A stretch of DNA of 64,000 nt, taken from positions 1,000,486 through 1,064,485 of the forward strand of contig JAXHLG010000002.1 in the NCBI GenBank assembly GCA_034522495.1, written 5' to 3'. This DNA comes from Candidatus Moraniibacteriota bacterium. GTDB taxonomy: Bacteria; Patescibacteriota; Minisyncoccia; Moranbacterales; DUUL01. The translations under genes and the position numbers were made by a program. Below, in pieces: positions 33,337-43,032 of the stretch (positions are counted from its first letter, which is position 1; every line of letters begins with the position of its first letter). The notes below the pieces were generated by a model, which saw only the letters and a program-made list of their open reading frames with translations, ran no database searches and was not told where the DNA came from.

Positions 33337-33891
33337 ATGAAATTTAACATTAAAAAAGCAATAGGATTAAAAATATTAATACTTCTTCTTTTGTGGGGAT
33401 GGCCGATTTTATTTTTTCCCGCCTTGAGCGTTTCCGCTGATTCGGTTTTTATAGAAAACTCCGTTAAGTCTTCTTCCAACACAGGAAATAACTCGACTGA
33501 AGAAACGGGATTTTCCATAAAAACCGGCAAAGCTGACAGCAAAAGCAGCTCTCAAATAGATATCAATAGCAGTTCCGACGCGGAAGTAAAAATCAAAACC
33601 GAATCCAAGGCAAACGAAGAAGAGGCAAGATTGGAGGTAAATGAAAAAATGCAAAATCTCCCCTCCGCGTTCCAAAAAAAGCAAACCCATGAAACCGAGG
33701 GAACCAAAGCTAAAGCGGAGATAACAGTCCAAAAGGAAAGCGGCACCGACTCTGCTGCACCCGAAAGAGAGCGCTTCAAGAAGCAACCGGAGGAGTCAGC
33801 TAACTTGTTCAGTTTTTTAAATATCCTGGGTAAATCCTTCTCTTCTCTGGCAAATAGTATTACATCAAAGATCAGTTTATTTTTTTCTTAA
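33337..33891 (+). CDS. Secreted protein with one SNTGNN/TGKA module and Ser/Glu/Lys-rich tail
   Basis: The signal/TM segment is ILILLLLWGWPILFFPALSVSA. The module reads IENSVKSSSNTGNNSTEETGFSIKTGKADSKSS. Confidence 0.5.
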   Translation: MKFNIKKAIGLKILILLLLWGWPILFFPALSVSADSVFIENSVKSSSNTGNNSTEETGFSIKTGKADSKSSSQIDINSSSDAEVKIKTESKANEEEARLEVNEKMQNLPSAFQKKQTHETEGTKAKAEITVQKESGTDSAAPERERFKKQPEESANLFSFLNILGKSFSSLANSITSKISLFFS

Positions 33892-33992
33892 ATATGGGAG
33901 CTGAGCGATTGAAACGGAAACGCGAATCCGCATAAAACCAAGTTTTGTTTTAATCTTAATACTAAATCACTTAATTCTTCAAAACAATAAAA

Positions 33993-36900
33993 ATGGAAAA
34001 CGCTTCATTCAGAACAATAGCTTTCAAGTTTTTTGGGAAAAAATTTTTTCTAAAATCCTTTTTGGCGTTTTTTGCCATTTTTAATTTAATTGCTTTTCAA
34101 ATAGGCTTCCCCCTTTATGCGTCCTACTCGCTGGCTTCCTCAACTGAAGAAACTGCGCAAGAAAACCAAGAAGAGAAAGAAAAAATCTTGGAAAACAAAA
34201 AGGAAGATAAAGAAAAGAAAGAAAATGAATCAAAAGAGGAGAAAGAGGAAGAAACAACCGACTCCGGCAAAGAGGAGAATTCAAAAAAATCCGGCAACCC
34301 TGAAAAACAAGACAGCTCCACTGAAGAAGCAATAGACGCCGATGAGAAAAACTCCGAAGAACCAGAAAGCGCTTCAGCCGCCGAGCAAGAGCCGCAACCA
34401 ACTCCCGAAGATGATTCTCAAGAAAAAGTTTCCTTAAGGGACTCTTCCGGTGATGAAATTGAAACCCTCCAAGAAGCGGACGAAGATGAAAAAAAGGCTG
34501 ATTCCTGCAATCCCGACGATGAGAAAAAAGATGATAAAGATTGCGGCCAAGATTTAGAGTTAATAAACAAAAACGACGCTGAAGCGCAAAACGAAAGCAG
34601 CGCAACCGCCAACACCGGCAACAACGTTATTGACAACACTGATGATGAAAACGGAGGAGGCAGCAATAATATCGACCCGCCAACGGACATCAAAAATCAA
34701 GAAGGAGAAGTAGAGAATGAAAAAACAGAGGCGGAGAATACAAATAAGTCCGCTCCTGATCAAGAAGATGAAATGGAGAATAAAAATCCGGCAGCAGAAA
34801 GTGAGGATTTAGAGGCTGAAGATGAGAAATTGGAAGCGGGAGATAAGAAGTCGGAGGCGAGAAATGAGAATTTGGATTCAAAGAGCGGAGAGTCGGAGAC
34901 GAGTGGCAAGGATTTGGAATTGAAAGACAAAAAAGATAATGAAGATGCACCAGCCGCCGTAAATCATCAGCCGCCAGGGAATAAAGAGGAAAGCCAGCCG
35001 GATGATGATGAAGATACCAACGAACCTGAAAAACTAGAAGAAGACTCTTCTAACGCAGAAGATAGCCAAGAAATCGAGACCGGCGAAGCCATTGCTCAAT
35101 CGGATATTTTCAATGAGCTGAACGTCAACGTCAACGGAGAAAACTGGGAGGATGTCGTGATAAATTTATACAATAACCACTCCGAGGATATTAATTTGCT
35201 AGAAATTATAGACAAAATTGTAGAAAACGAATACTTATCCAGAGAAGAAGCAAATAAAATAATCGAAAACGAAAACAAAGCGGTTTTGGAAAACAAGGCG
35301 GATGCCGAAGCTAATTCGGGCGAAAACAAAATCATAAACGACGAATCCGGCGAGAATAATTCCTCCATATCAACCGGCAACGCCTCCGCTACTGCCAACA
35401 TAGTCAACCTCGTCAATAAAAACATAGTGGGAAATAATTGGGTTTTTGCAGTGATAAACGTTTTCGGCCAATGGAAAGGCGACTTGGTCGTTCCGGGAAA
35501 AGACCTTTTTAAGTTCCAAGAAATCCTCGCCAACAAAGAAGTGGAAATTGAAAACAGCAATTTCGCCGATATTGAAAATCAAAGCAGCGCCCTCTCTTCC
35601 ACGGGAGGCAACTCCATTGAACAATCAGGCGAGGCGGCAATAAAAACCGGGGAAGCCTACTCTCAGGCGGACGCATCCAATTTGGTCAATACCAACATCT
35701 TGGAAAATGGCTGGTTTCAATTAAATGTCAACAATCTCGGCAGTTGGCTGGGCTCCATCGTTGATTATTACGGCTCGTCAGACAGCAATATAAAACTTGC
35801 CTACAGCTTGAAGGCCGACAAAACGGTGGAAAGCAATTCCAAGCTAAAGGTCATCAATAACAACGAAGCTGACATAAGCAACACGGCTTTAGCTAAAGCC
35901 AAAACCGGTAACAATTCAATCAAAGGAGGCAAAAATTCTGAAATTACAACCGGCAACGCCGAAGCTTATACCAATATCGCCAACTTGGTTAATTTTAACA
36001 TCGTAGGCAATAACTGGGTCTACACTTTAATAAATATTATGGGGAGATGGGAGGGAGATCTGGTATTCGCCTACCCGGATCTGGTTATCTCCATCGATGA
36101 CAACAAAGATAGCGTCGAGCCGGGAGAGTCAGTCGCTTACGAAATTTATTATGCCAATCTAGGAAGGGCCAAAGCTAAAAACGTGGAAATATCCGCTCAA
36201 TTACCAGCAAGCGCCATCACTAGCCAATCCGATAATAAGTACTCTTTTTCCTTGCCGGAGCTGGCTCCGGGGGAGGGGGCGGTGATTGAAATTGCCGGTC
36301 AAGTCAAGACTTCGAAAGAAGAGTTGAACAGTCCCCTACTGGCCGCAGCCGAGATAGCCGCCCAGACTACTGAAAAGCTGCTGAACAATAACAGCGACAC
36401 GGATACGACTGAAATAGTTTATCCCGCCGAAACCGCGGTCGATTCCAATTCCAATGATTCCGCTCTTGCGCCGGAAAATGAAAACAGGGACAATAATAAA
36501 AATATAAACAACAGCGCCGGAGAAAATGAAATAATTTTAATTGATTATTTATCCGAGGAACCCAATAAAGCATTAATAAAAGATCCGGAGACTGACTTGA
36601 AAATAAGCAGAAACAAAGACGCAACAAGCTCTTCCATTTATCACGGAGAAATCATTAGCCATGAAATAATCATTGAAAATGAAGGAGAAGCTCCTGTTTA
36701 TGATATAAAATTAAAAGACAAATTAAATTATTTGACCGGCCAAAAAATTGAGGTGTTGGAATATGAATGGGAGATCGGCGACCTGGACAAAGACCAGGCA
36801 GTATTGGTGGAGTATCAGATTTTGATCAACGAAGCCGCTTCCCCGGGAGAGTATGAATTCGCCGCCAGAGCGAAAGGAGAAGATGCCAAGGGTGAGGAAG

Positions 36901-37355
36901 TGGAGAGCAACAAGACCAAGATGTCTATAAACTTATTACAAGGAAACAATTTGATTCAAACGCAAACTTATATTCCCCCCGAAGAAGATAATCAATTTAT
37001 AAAACCCGTTCCCACAGCTCAAGCGGCCGATAAAACCATCCCCGTTTTGGGAGCCGGCAACTTGAATAAAAACTGCGCAAACCTTCCACTGTGGATCTGG
37101 ATAAGCTCCCTGATCTCTTACGGCCTCGCCGTTAATTGGGCAATATTCCCCGCTTCCGTATCCGGTGCCAGCCGAAAAATTTTTAACACCAGGCTAGCCT
37201 CGGGAACTCTCCTCTTCAGCGCCGCCTTCTTTGTCTTCTGGTATCTATATCAATGCAACAATTCCTGGGTGCCTATAACGGGCATTATAATTTTGATGCT
37301 TCATATCTATTACAAATTCATCGCTTCTAGCACTTTTGAAAGCAAAAGAATATAA
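33993..37355 (+). CDS. 1120-aa surface protein: N-terminal anchor, ~330-aa acidic region, repeated SNTG/TGNA...NW...GxWxGDLV modules, two DUF11/CARDB-like domains, C-terminal triple-TM region
   Basis: Example modules are EANSGENKI...ISTGNASATANIVNLVNKNIVGNNWVFAVINVFGQWKGDLVVP and AKTGNNSI...ITTGNAEAYTNIANLVNFNIVGNNWVYTLINIMGRWEGDLVF. The DUF11-like segment reads DSVEPGESVAYEIYYANLG. Confidence 0.7.
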   Translation: MENASFRTIAFKFFGKKFFLKSFLAFFAIFNLIAFQIGFPLYASYSLASSTEETAQENQEEKEKILENKKEDKEKKENESKEEKEEETTDSGKEENSKKSGNPEKQDSSTEEAIDADEKNSEEPESASAAEQEPQPTPEDDSQEKVSLRDSSGDEIETLQEADEDEKKADSCNPDDEKKDDKDCGQDLELINKNDAEAQNESSATANTGNNVIDNTDDENGGGSNNIDPPTDIKNQEGEVENEKTEAENTNKSAPDQEDEMENKNPAAESEDLEAEDEKLEAGDKKSEARNENLDSKSGESETSGKDLELKDKKDNEDAPAAVNHQPPGNKEESQPDDDEDTNEPEKLEEDSSNAEDSQEIETGEAIAQSDIFNELNVNVNGENWEDVVINLYNNHSEDINLLEIIDKIVENEYLSREEANKIIENENKAVLENKADAEANSGENKIINDESGENNSSISTGNASATANIVNLVNKNIVGNNWVFAVINVFGQWKGDLVVPGKDLFKFQEILANKEVEIENSNFADIENQSSALSSTGGNSIEQSGEAAIKTGEAYSQADASNLVNTNILENGWFQLNVNNLGSWLGSIVDYYGSSDSNIKLAYSLKADKTVESNSKLKVINNNEADISNTALAKAKTGNNSIKGGKNSEITTGNAEAYTNIANLVNFNIVGNNWVYTLINIMGRWEGDLVFAYPDLVISIDDNKDSVEPGESVAYEIYYANLGRAKAKNVEISAQLPASAITSQSDNKYSFSLPELAPGEGAVIEIAGQVKTSKEELNSPLLAAAEIAAQTTEKLLNNNSDTDTTEIVYPAETAVDSNSNDSALAPENENRDNNKNINNSAGENEIILIDYLSEEPNKALIKDPETDLKISRNKDATSSSIYHGEIISHEIIIENEGEAPVYDIKLKDKLNYLTGQKIEVLEYEWEIGDLDKDQAVLVEYQILINEAASPGEYEFAARAKGEDAKGEEVESNKTKMSINLLQGNNLIQTQTYIPPEEDNQFIKPVPTAQAADKTIPVLGAGNLNKNCANLPLWIWISSLISYGLAVNWAIFPASVSGASRKIFNTRLASGTLLFSAAFFVFWYLYQCNNSWVPITGIIILMLHIYYKFIASSTFESKRI

Positions 37356-37361
37356 CCCGCC

Positions 37362-37428
37362 CCTGCCCGGGGCAGGCCCCAAATAAAAAAGCCTAATTTA
37401 ATCCAAAAGATCTAAAGAAGGCTTTTTT
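37362..37428. terminator. Hairpin region between convergent genes (cctgcc-cgg-ggcagg, then aaaaaagcct...aggctttttt)
   Basis: The GC palindrome lies at 37362-37376. An A-run/T-run flanked stem lies at 37385-37428. Confidence 0.4.
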
Positions 37429-37443
37429 AGATTTGATTTCAAT

Positions 37444-37920
37444 CTAAAATACATGATAGGCAAAATAAGCCAGCGCGGCCAGGGAATAAATTGTTTGCAG
37501 GACAATCACCACCGCGCTTCCCAGGATTACCCCCAAAGCGGCCTTGGCCGACTTCCCGGCGTCTTGTTTGCCGGAATATTCCCCGATAAAAGCTCCGGCG
37601 AGAGCGCCGAGGAAAATTCCCAAGGGAGGAAAAAACACAATCCCCAACAGCGCTCCTATTATCGCGCCCCACAGACCGCGCCGAGTAGCGCCGGCAAATT
37701 TGGCTCCCAGAATCGGCCCCAGGTAATCGATCACTATCAAGGCTGCCATGGCAAGGCCGAAAGCAATAAGCACAAATAAGGACAAACCCTCAAAATTCTT
37801 GCTGAGAAAAAGCAAAAACACACCGGCAAAACTCAAAACCGGCCCCGGCATAGCCGGCACAATACTGCCGATTACCCCCAAAATAGCTAAAACCAGTCCA
37901 ATGATTATTAAAGTTTCCAT
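37444..37920 (-). CDS. DUF456-family small membrane protein
   Basis: The N-terminus METLIIIGLVLAILGVIGSIVPAMPGPVLSFAG is typical. The protein has four Gly/Ala-rich TM helices. Confidence 0.65.
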   Translation of the reverse strand: METLIIIGLVLAILGVIGSIVPAMPGPVLSFAGVFLLFLSKNFEGLSLFVLIAFGLAMAALIVIDYLGPILGAKFAGATRRGLWGAIIGALLGIVFFPPLGIFLGALAGAFIGEYSGKQDAGKSAKAALGVILGSAVVIVLQTIYSLAALAYFAYHVF

Positions 37921-38109
37921 AAGATTTTATTAAGAGTAATATTTCAAATGATTAACTGACATTGCGCATTTCTGGCAAGACAGCTCTTTTGGAGGAGAGT
38001 CTGAAGATAACCTGAAATTCGATTTCTGATTGTTTCAAATAACATAAATAATATTCGAAATATAAAAAATTTGGGCTTTTTGCTTTGGGATTCGTGTTTT
38101 GCTTGCCTG

Positions 38110-38138
38110 CCCCGTGGGAGCAAAGCGACTTTACGGGG
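38110..38138 (+). repeat. Hairpin repeat family C, copy 5 (variant loop)
   Basis: The sequence is ccccgtgggagcaaagcgactttacgggg, preceded by gcttgcctg. Confidence 0.65.
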
Positions 38139-38208
38139 GACTTTGTGTATTGTGCTTTGTGCTTTTTCGGAAAATATTTCAAATAAATCACAAAAGGCAT
38201 CACCAAAT

Positions 38209-39465
38209 TCAAAAATGTTTTTCGCGCCTCTCCGATAATTCTTTTAATAATTTGTCTATTTCAAAAACCTTGGGATCAACCTCTAGAGCCATTCGGTTGA
38301 TGCCCAGAAGCTTCATCCCCTCCAGTTTTCCACACCGGGAAAGGGCCACGTAACCCATTCCGTATTCGAAAGATTTGCTCAAATCCATCTCTACCGCATC
38401 AAGCGTCATTCCCTGGCTCTTGTGTACCGTAATGGCCCAAGCCAGCCTGAGCGGAACCTGCCTTACTGAAGCCAAAACATTGGCTGTTTCGTCTTCAATA
38501 ATCCAGCTTTCCGGCATAACCTGAATTTCCCTGCCTTCAAAAGTTTTCACTTTGGGAAAACCTTCCCTGTTGGTTCCGGCAACCGTACCCGTGGTTCCGT
38601 TCACATAGCCCTTGTCGAAATTGTTTTTCACAAACATCACTTTCGCTCCTTTTTTTAAGCGCAGTTTTTCCGGCGCCAGGCAGCTTTTTTTCAACCCCTT
38701 GACTAAGTTCTCCGGCCCCTCTTCCTCCATAGAATACGCCAGAGGCTCTTCTTCTAGTTTTGCAAGCTCTCGATGATTCAACTCGTCTACATTGGCATTG
38801 TGGGTGAAAAGCCTGGTCGGATTTTCAACTCCCTTGATTTCGCTATTCGCTCTTGAGTTTAAAAGCTCAACAGTTTTTCGGCTTATGTTCCTTTCTCTGA
38901 TATCGTTTAACACTCTCAATATATTCTCGTCTCTTTGTCTGTATAGCTTGTCTAAGTAGCAAACCCGGGGATCCGCTTCCTTCCATGCCCCGGAATAAAT
39001 AACAAACCTGGAAGGATCATCTCCTTTGCTCACCGGAGGCAATTGGAAAAAATCTCCGCTTAAAATCACTTGCAGGCCTCCAAAAGGCAAGAAGGGATCT
39101 TTAAAAGATTTGCATATCTTATTCAAGAGATCCAGCTGATAATCGTGCAGCATGGAAATTTCGTCAATTATCAGCACTTCGGTTTTTTCAAAGCGGCGCT
39201 GCATTTTTCGAAAGCCTTTCAATCTCTTAATCTGCTTTTCGTCCATATTTCGGTTGATTCCCATCCCCGACCAAGAATGGATGGTCATCCCGTTCATATG
39301 AGTAGCCGCAATTCCCGTGGAAGCCGTTTTAGCCACCGGAATTCCGTTTTTTTTCAGATATTCGATAAACTTGTTTAATAAATAAGTTTTCCCGCTTCCG
39401 GCGGGCCCTGTCAAAAAAACATTATGTCCTTTTTTTAAGATTTCAAAAGCAGTCTTCTGATTCAT
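38209..39465 (-). CDS. PIF1/RecD-like SF1 DNA helicase
   Basis: Motifs seen: Walker A FLTGPAGSGKTYLL, TASTGIAA, LIIDEISML and the C-terminal ITVHKSQGMTLD. Confidence 0.8.
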   Translation of the reverse strand: MNQKTAFEILKKGHNVFLTGPAGSGKTYLLNKFIEYLKKNGIPVAKTASTGIAATHMNGMTIHSWSGMGINRNMDEKQIKRLKGFRKMQRRFEKTEVLIIDEISMLHDYQLDLLNKICKSFKDPFLPFGGLQVILSGDFFQLPPVSKGDDPSRFVIYSGAWKEADPRVCYLDKLYRQRDENILRVLNDIRERNISRKTVELLNSRANSEIKGVENPTRLFTHNANVDELNHRELAKLEEEPLAYSMEEEGPENLVKGLKKSCLAPEKLRLKKGAKVMFVKNNFDKGYVNGTTGTVAGTNREGFPKVKTFEGREIQVMPESWIIEDETANVLASVRQVPLRLAWAITVHKSQGMTLDAVEMDLSKSFEYGMGYVALSRCGKLEGMKLLGINRMALEVDPKVFEIDKLLKELSERREKHF

Positions 39466-39494
39466 TTCGATTTATTTTTATAATTCTAACCACC

Positions 39495-39530
39495 AAGGTT
39501 CAACCTTCGGTTACCCGAAGGTTGAACCTT
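39495..39530. terminator. Perfect 16-bp stem hairpin downstream of the GT2 gene
   Basis: The hairpin is aaggttcaaccttcgg-ttac-ccgaaggttgaacctt. There is no T-run. Related aggttca hairpins occur at 30746-30778 and 28922. Confidence 0.4.
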
Positions 39531-39585
39531 AGAATGTAAATGCTTATATGTTTAAATGCTCGTATGTTAAAATGTTAAAATGGAA

Positions 39586-41301
39586 TTACTTTTTCTTAAA
39601 CTTCTCCGTAATCCAGAATTCGCCGAAATATTTGCCGAGCATTATCCTTGTCTGAGCGTCCACCGCCGGCATAGCGCCCAAAAAGGGAGCGATAAACGGA
39701 GCCAAAAACCATTGAAAAAACATGGAAAGATATCTCTTCTTGGAGTACCTCTTGGGTCTGGGGGGCATAAGCAAGAAACTCAGAAACATGGAAACCACCA
39801 ACCCCACCAGAGCTATGGTCATCAAAGTTCTGGTAATATAGGGCAGATTGTGTGCCAAGACGGATTCATTAAAAGATTCCCCACCCAAGATAAGAGGCAG
39901 CCATCCCAAGAGAGCCAAAATAAAAGGTGCCGTGGCCCAGCTGTGATGCCCCTCGAGCATTGTAAATAAATGTTTAATTTTCTTTCCCCATCCAAGTTTT
40001 TTGTTTTTTCTGAAAGCTCTGGCCAAAAGGGGGAAATTTTCGATTCCATAGGCCCATCGCCTTTTTTGCTTGTATTGATTGGCCACAGTCTGGCGGTAAG
40101 TCTGTCCCAGCACAGCGTCCAAAGAAACAGGCAGATAAATCGGCTTGACTTGATAATCGCCGGCAAAATAATCATAGGCCTTCCAATAAATCACTGAGTC
40201 CTCCGAAATAACGTTTACCGGCCAGTAATTCACGTCCACAATAGTCTTGAAAGGCTCGCTGTGGGAAGAAAAAGTCACCATATGCTCCGGCCGCATGGAT
40301 TCCACCATGTGCCAAAAGGAGGAACCGGTAACAATCACCCTTACCGGAGCAATTGTGTCCCAGATGTTGTTGTGATACATGGGCAAAGGCTGATATGCCT
40401 GGCGAAGCCTGTTGGGGCTGACCATATACTCATAAGTCAGGGCTCCAAGAAATTCCGGATGCACTTGGGTATCGCAGTCAAAGTTGGAAAGCACCACCTT
40501 TTCCAGAGGTATTTTATTTTCTTCCAAATATTTCTTGAGCTGCTTGGCGGCGTAGGTAGTATTGGAAGCTTTGCATTTCATCTCCCCTTTTTGCACCTTA
40601 TGGACAGTCACTAGAAAATCGCAGAATTTGCGGCCGAATTTCCCTTTCAATATTTTTACTTTTTCTTGGCGCCTTTCCTCCGGCTCCCTTTCTTCCAGGG
40701 CCAGCAAAATAATAATTCTGTCGTTGGGGTAATTGGATTTGTCCAAAGCCTCCAGGGCCGGTTCAATTATTTCCGCTCCTTCCGTTGCCGTAGGCAGCAT
40801 AACGACATGGTAAATCTCCCGCCAATTCAAAAATTGGTCTTTGTTTTGATAATCCCGCTTATGCTTTGCCAGAAAATCTTTTCTTTCCTTGATATCTTTT
40901 TTAAGCAATTTCCTTTCTTTTCTTTTAATTTTTTGCTTAAGCTGTTTTTTTATGTCTTCAATCTCTTCATTTATCCTTTTTTCAATTTTTTTGTTGAAAG
41001 CCGCATTTTTGACTCTGAAGAGCCAGTCAGCCCTTTTGCTGCGGCTCATTTTTTTGTAGGCAAGAATGGAGTAGGTAGCGATATAAATTGTTCTATGAAA
41101 CCAATAAACATCATAAAGAATAATAAAAACAGCCACCCAGGCGGCCGCTAAGTAAGAAAGGATAATCATTCCCAAAAGAGTCGTCCAAGTAAGAGCTCCC
41201 GGTATTGATTCAAAAAACCTCTGCCACTTGTGCTCTGTGGGATCTTTGGTTCTGGGGTTTGGATATTGCCAATCTTTTGGCGCTTTTTTTGCTTCTTCCA
41301 T
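39586..41301 (-). CDS. Processive family-2 glycosyltransferase (cellulose/chitin/hyaluronan-synthase-like), membrane-embedded
   Basis: The motifs are DCD (SNFDCDTQV), an ED (ISEDSVIYW) and QxxRW (QKRRWAYG). TM helices flank the catalytic region on both sides. Confidence 0.7.
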   Translation of the reverse strand: MEEAKKAPKDWQYPNPRTKDPTEHKWQRFFESIPGALTWTTLLGMIILSYLAAAWVAVFIILYDVYWFHRTIYIATYSILAYKKMSRSKRADWLFRVKNAAFNKKIEKRINEEIEDIKKQLKQKIKRKERKLLKKDIKERKDFLAKHKRDYQNKDQFLNWREIYHVVMLPTATEGAEIIEPALEALDKSNYPNDRIIILLALEEREPEERRQEKVKILKGKFGRKFCDFLVTVHKVQKGEMKCKASNTTYAAKQLKKYLEENKIPLEKVVLSNFDCDTQVHPEFLGALTYEYMVSPNRLRQAYQPLPMYHNNIWDTIAPVRVIVTGSSFWHMVESMRPEHMVTFSSHSEPFKTIVDVNYWPVNVISEDSVIYWKAYDYFAGDYQVKPIYLPVSLDAVLGQTYRQTVANQYKQKRRWAYGIENFPLLARAFRKNKKLGWGKKIKHLFTMLEGHHSWATAPFILALLGWLPLILGGESFNESVLAHNLPYITRTLMTIALVGLVVSMFLSFLLMPPRPKRYSKKRYLSMFFQWFLAPFIAPFLGAMPAVDAQTRIMLGKYFGEFWITEKFKKK

Positions 41302-41321
41302 AATTTAATAATCTTCTAAAT

Positions 41322-41684
41322 TTAACCGTTGACTACAACAATCGCCACAGTATACAGCAAAATGATAATTTGTAAAGCCATAGCCGCTCCTAGCAGCATT
41401 TTGGAAGCTATAAACTTGGGACTTCCTTTCATTTTTTCATAATCCGCCTTCTTTTCTTTTGAGACTTTTAAAAGCGAGCTGTAAATAAAAAAAGCCAAAA
41501 CAATATCCAAAATCATAACAAAAAGAGCGGCGGCCGGAACAGTATAAATCTTTAAAAAAACATTGTCCGAATCATAAGCAATGCGGTCTATGCCTAAATA
41601 AGCATTGTAATGCAAAATAATCAGGGATTTGTTGAAGTCAAGTCCGAACCTCAAAACCAGCCACCCCGCTGCGTTAAAAACCAA
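41322..41684 (-). CDS. Small membrane protein, start uncertain
   Basis: The track start is a TTG. The frame stays open for 20 more codons upstream (INNIKDFFLNKLNLSLILAG) without an ATG/GTG. Confidence 0.35.
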   Translation of the reverse strand: MVFNAAGWLVLRFGLDFNKSLIILHYNAYLGIDRIAYDSDNVFLKIYTVPAAALFVMILDIVLAFFIYSSLLKVSKEKKADYEKMKGSPKFIASKMLLGAAMALQIIILLYTVAIVVVNG

Positions 41685-41856
41685 TCCGGCCAGGATCAGG
41701 GATAGATTAAGCTTGTTTAGAAAGAAATCTTTAATATTATTTATTTAAATATAAAAAAGGTTAAATGGTTTCATTTCTTCATTGTTTTTTTAAAAAAATT
41801 TCTACAACTTAACCTGAACAATCTCTAGAATCAATTTAACCATTTAGCAATGAATT

Positions 41857-42474
41857 TTATCTTCTCATTTTCTTGGCTTCCTTGATTATATTTTCCACTT
41901 TATTGATTACAATTTCATGAGGCTGTTCCAGCAACTCGAAAATAAATTTGTCAAACATTTTCAAGCGATACTTGAATTCCTGCATGTCCATCAAGGAATA
42001 ATTGATTTCTTTTCCCAGCTCCGCCTCCAGTTCTTCGATCAAATGCTTCAGCTTTGCGCGGGAGACATTGTCAACCACCAGCAGAATATCCGTTTTTGAT
42101 TTAGGATTGTTGATAAAAACTCCCGCCACCAAAGCCAGCTTGACCTCTCCCAAATTTCTAACTCGATTCAACTGCTTGCATTGCGGGTAGATATTAGATT
42201 TTATTACCAGCCCCTTCAGCTCGTTATAAAAGGGCGAGCGGGTGTTGAGGTAATACAGTTTTTTGCCTTTCTGGCTTCTGGAATAAATAAACTTGGCTTT
42301 TTCCAAGCTGGCCAAGACCTTTTTGGACTCCTTTTTTGTTTCCCCGTTTTCGAACCTATTCTTTTCCAAAATCTCCTGAGCGGAAAAAGCCTCTTTCTCG
42401 TTTAGCATAAAAAATTTTATCATCCTCCAGCGGACTCTTGACCCAAACAAGAAATCCAAATCGTTCTTCATCAT
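41857..42474 (-). CDS. Winged-helix DNA-binding protein fused to a degenerate nucleotidyltransferase-fold domain
   Basis: The N-terminal wHTH-like part reads RWRMIKFFMLNEKEAFSAQEI...KFIYSR. The C-terminal part (LALVAGVFINNPKSKTDILLVVD) resembles minimal NTase GS..D.D motifs but is degenerate. Confidence 0.45.
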   Translation of the reverse strand: MMKNDLDFLFGSRVRWRMIKFFMLNEKEAFSAQEILEKNRFENGETKKESKKVLASLEKAKFIYSRSQKGKKLYYLNTRSPFYNELKGLVIKSNIYPQCKQLNRVRNLGEVKLALVAGVFINNPKSKTDILLVVDNVSRAKLKHLIEELEAELGKEINYSLMDMQEFKYRLKMFDKFIFELLEQPHEIVINKVENIIKEAKKMRR

Positions 42475-42652
42475 AAAGATATGTTAGTTAGTTTATTAAA
42501 AAAATTAGAATGTTCAAAAATTATCAACCCATAAATATCCAATCTGCAAGAGAAGAGCAAAACGCAAAAGTCAAAACGCAAAACCACAACTTAAAACTAA
42601 AAGCTTTTAGTCATCTTGAGTCCTCACTAAAATCGATCAAAAATGTAAAAAA

Positions 42653-43024
42653 TCAAATATACAATCCTTTAATGTGCCTGACCGCTGCTTTTCTGGTGTG
42701 GAAATCGAAGAACACTCCAACAAAATCCACTCGCCAGTCTTTTTCCAGCCAATCTTTTTCTCTCAAATAAATGTGAGCGATTTTGAAGAGCGTTTTCAAC
42801 TTCTGGTCGTTTATCCGCTCCTCCGGTGCAACGCTTTGCATCCTTCCTTTTCTGGCTTTTACCTCGAAAAAAATCACTCTTCCCTTTTTGTCTTGGCCTA
42901 TCAAGTCCACCTCGCCCAGCTTATACCCCTTTTTGTTGTAATAATTCTTTTCTAAGATTTTATAACCGTGGGCAATCAAATAATTGGCGGCTAAAAGTTC
43001 TCCTTTTTTGCCAATGTTGTTCAA
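42653..43024 (-). CDS. yraN: YraN-family (UPF0102) endonuclease-like protein
   Basis: The motifs GKKGELLAANYLIAHGYKILEKNY ... GEVDLIG ... IFFEVKAR are present. Confidence 0.8.
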   Translation of the reverse strand: MNNIGKKGELLAANYLIAHGYKILEKNYYNKKGYKLGEVDLIGQDKKGRVIFFEVKARKGRMQSVAPEERINDQKLKTLFKIAHIYLREKDWLEKDWRVDFVGVFFDFHTRKAAVRHIKGLYI

Positions 43025-43032
43025 TAAATTTA

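Noticed and set aside
34081-35624. Minus-strand ORFs inside the 1120-aa surface-protein gene
   Set aside because: They are shadows of the acidic low-complexity region. They have no independent signals and are fully nested in a gene with clear domain structure.
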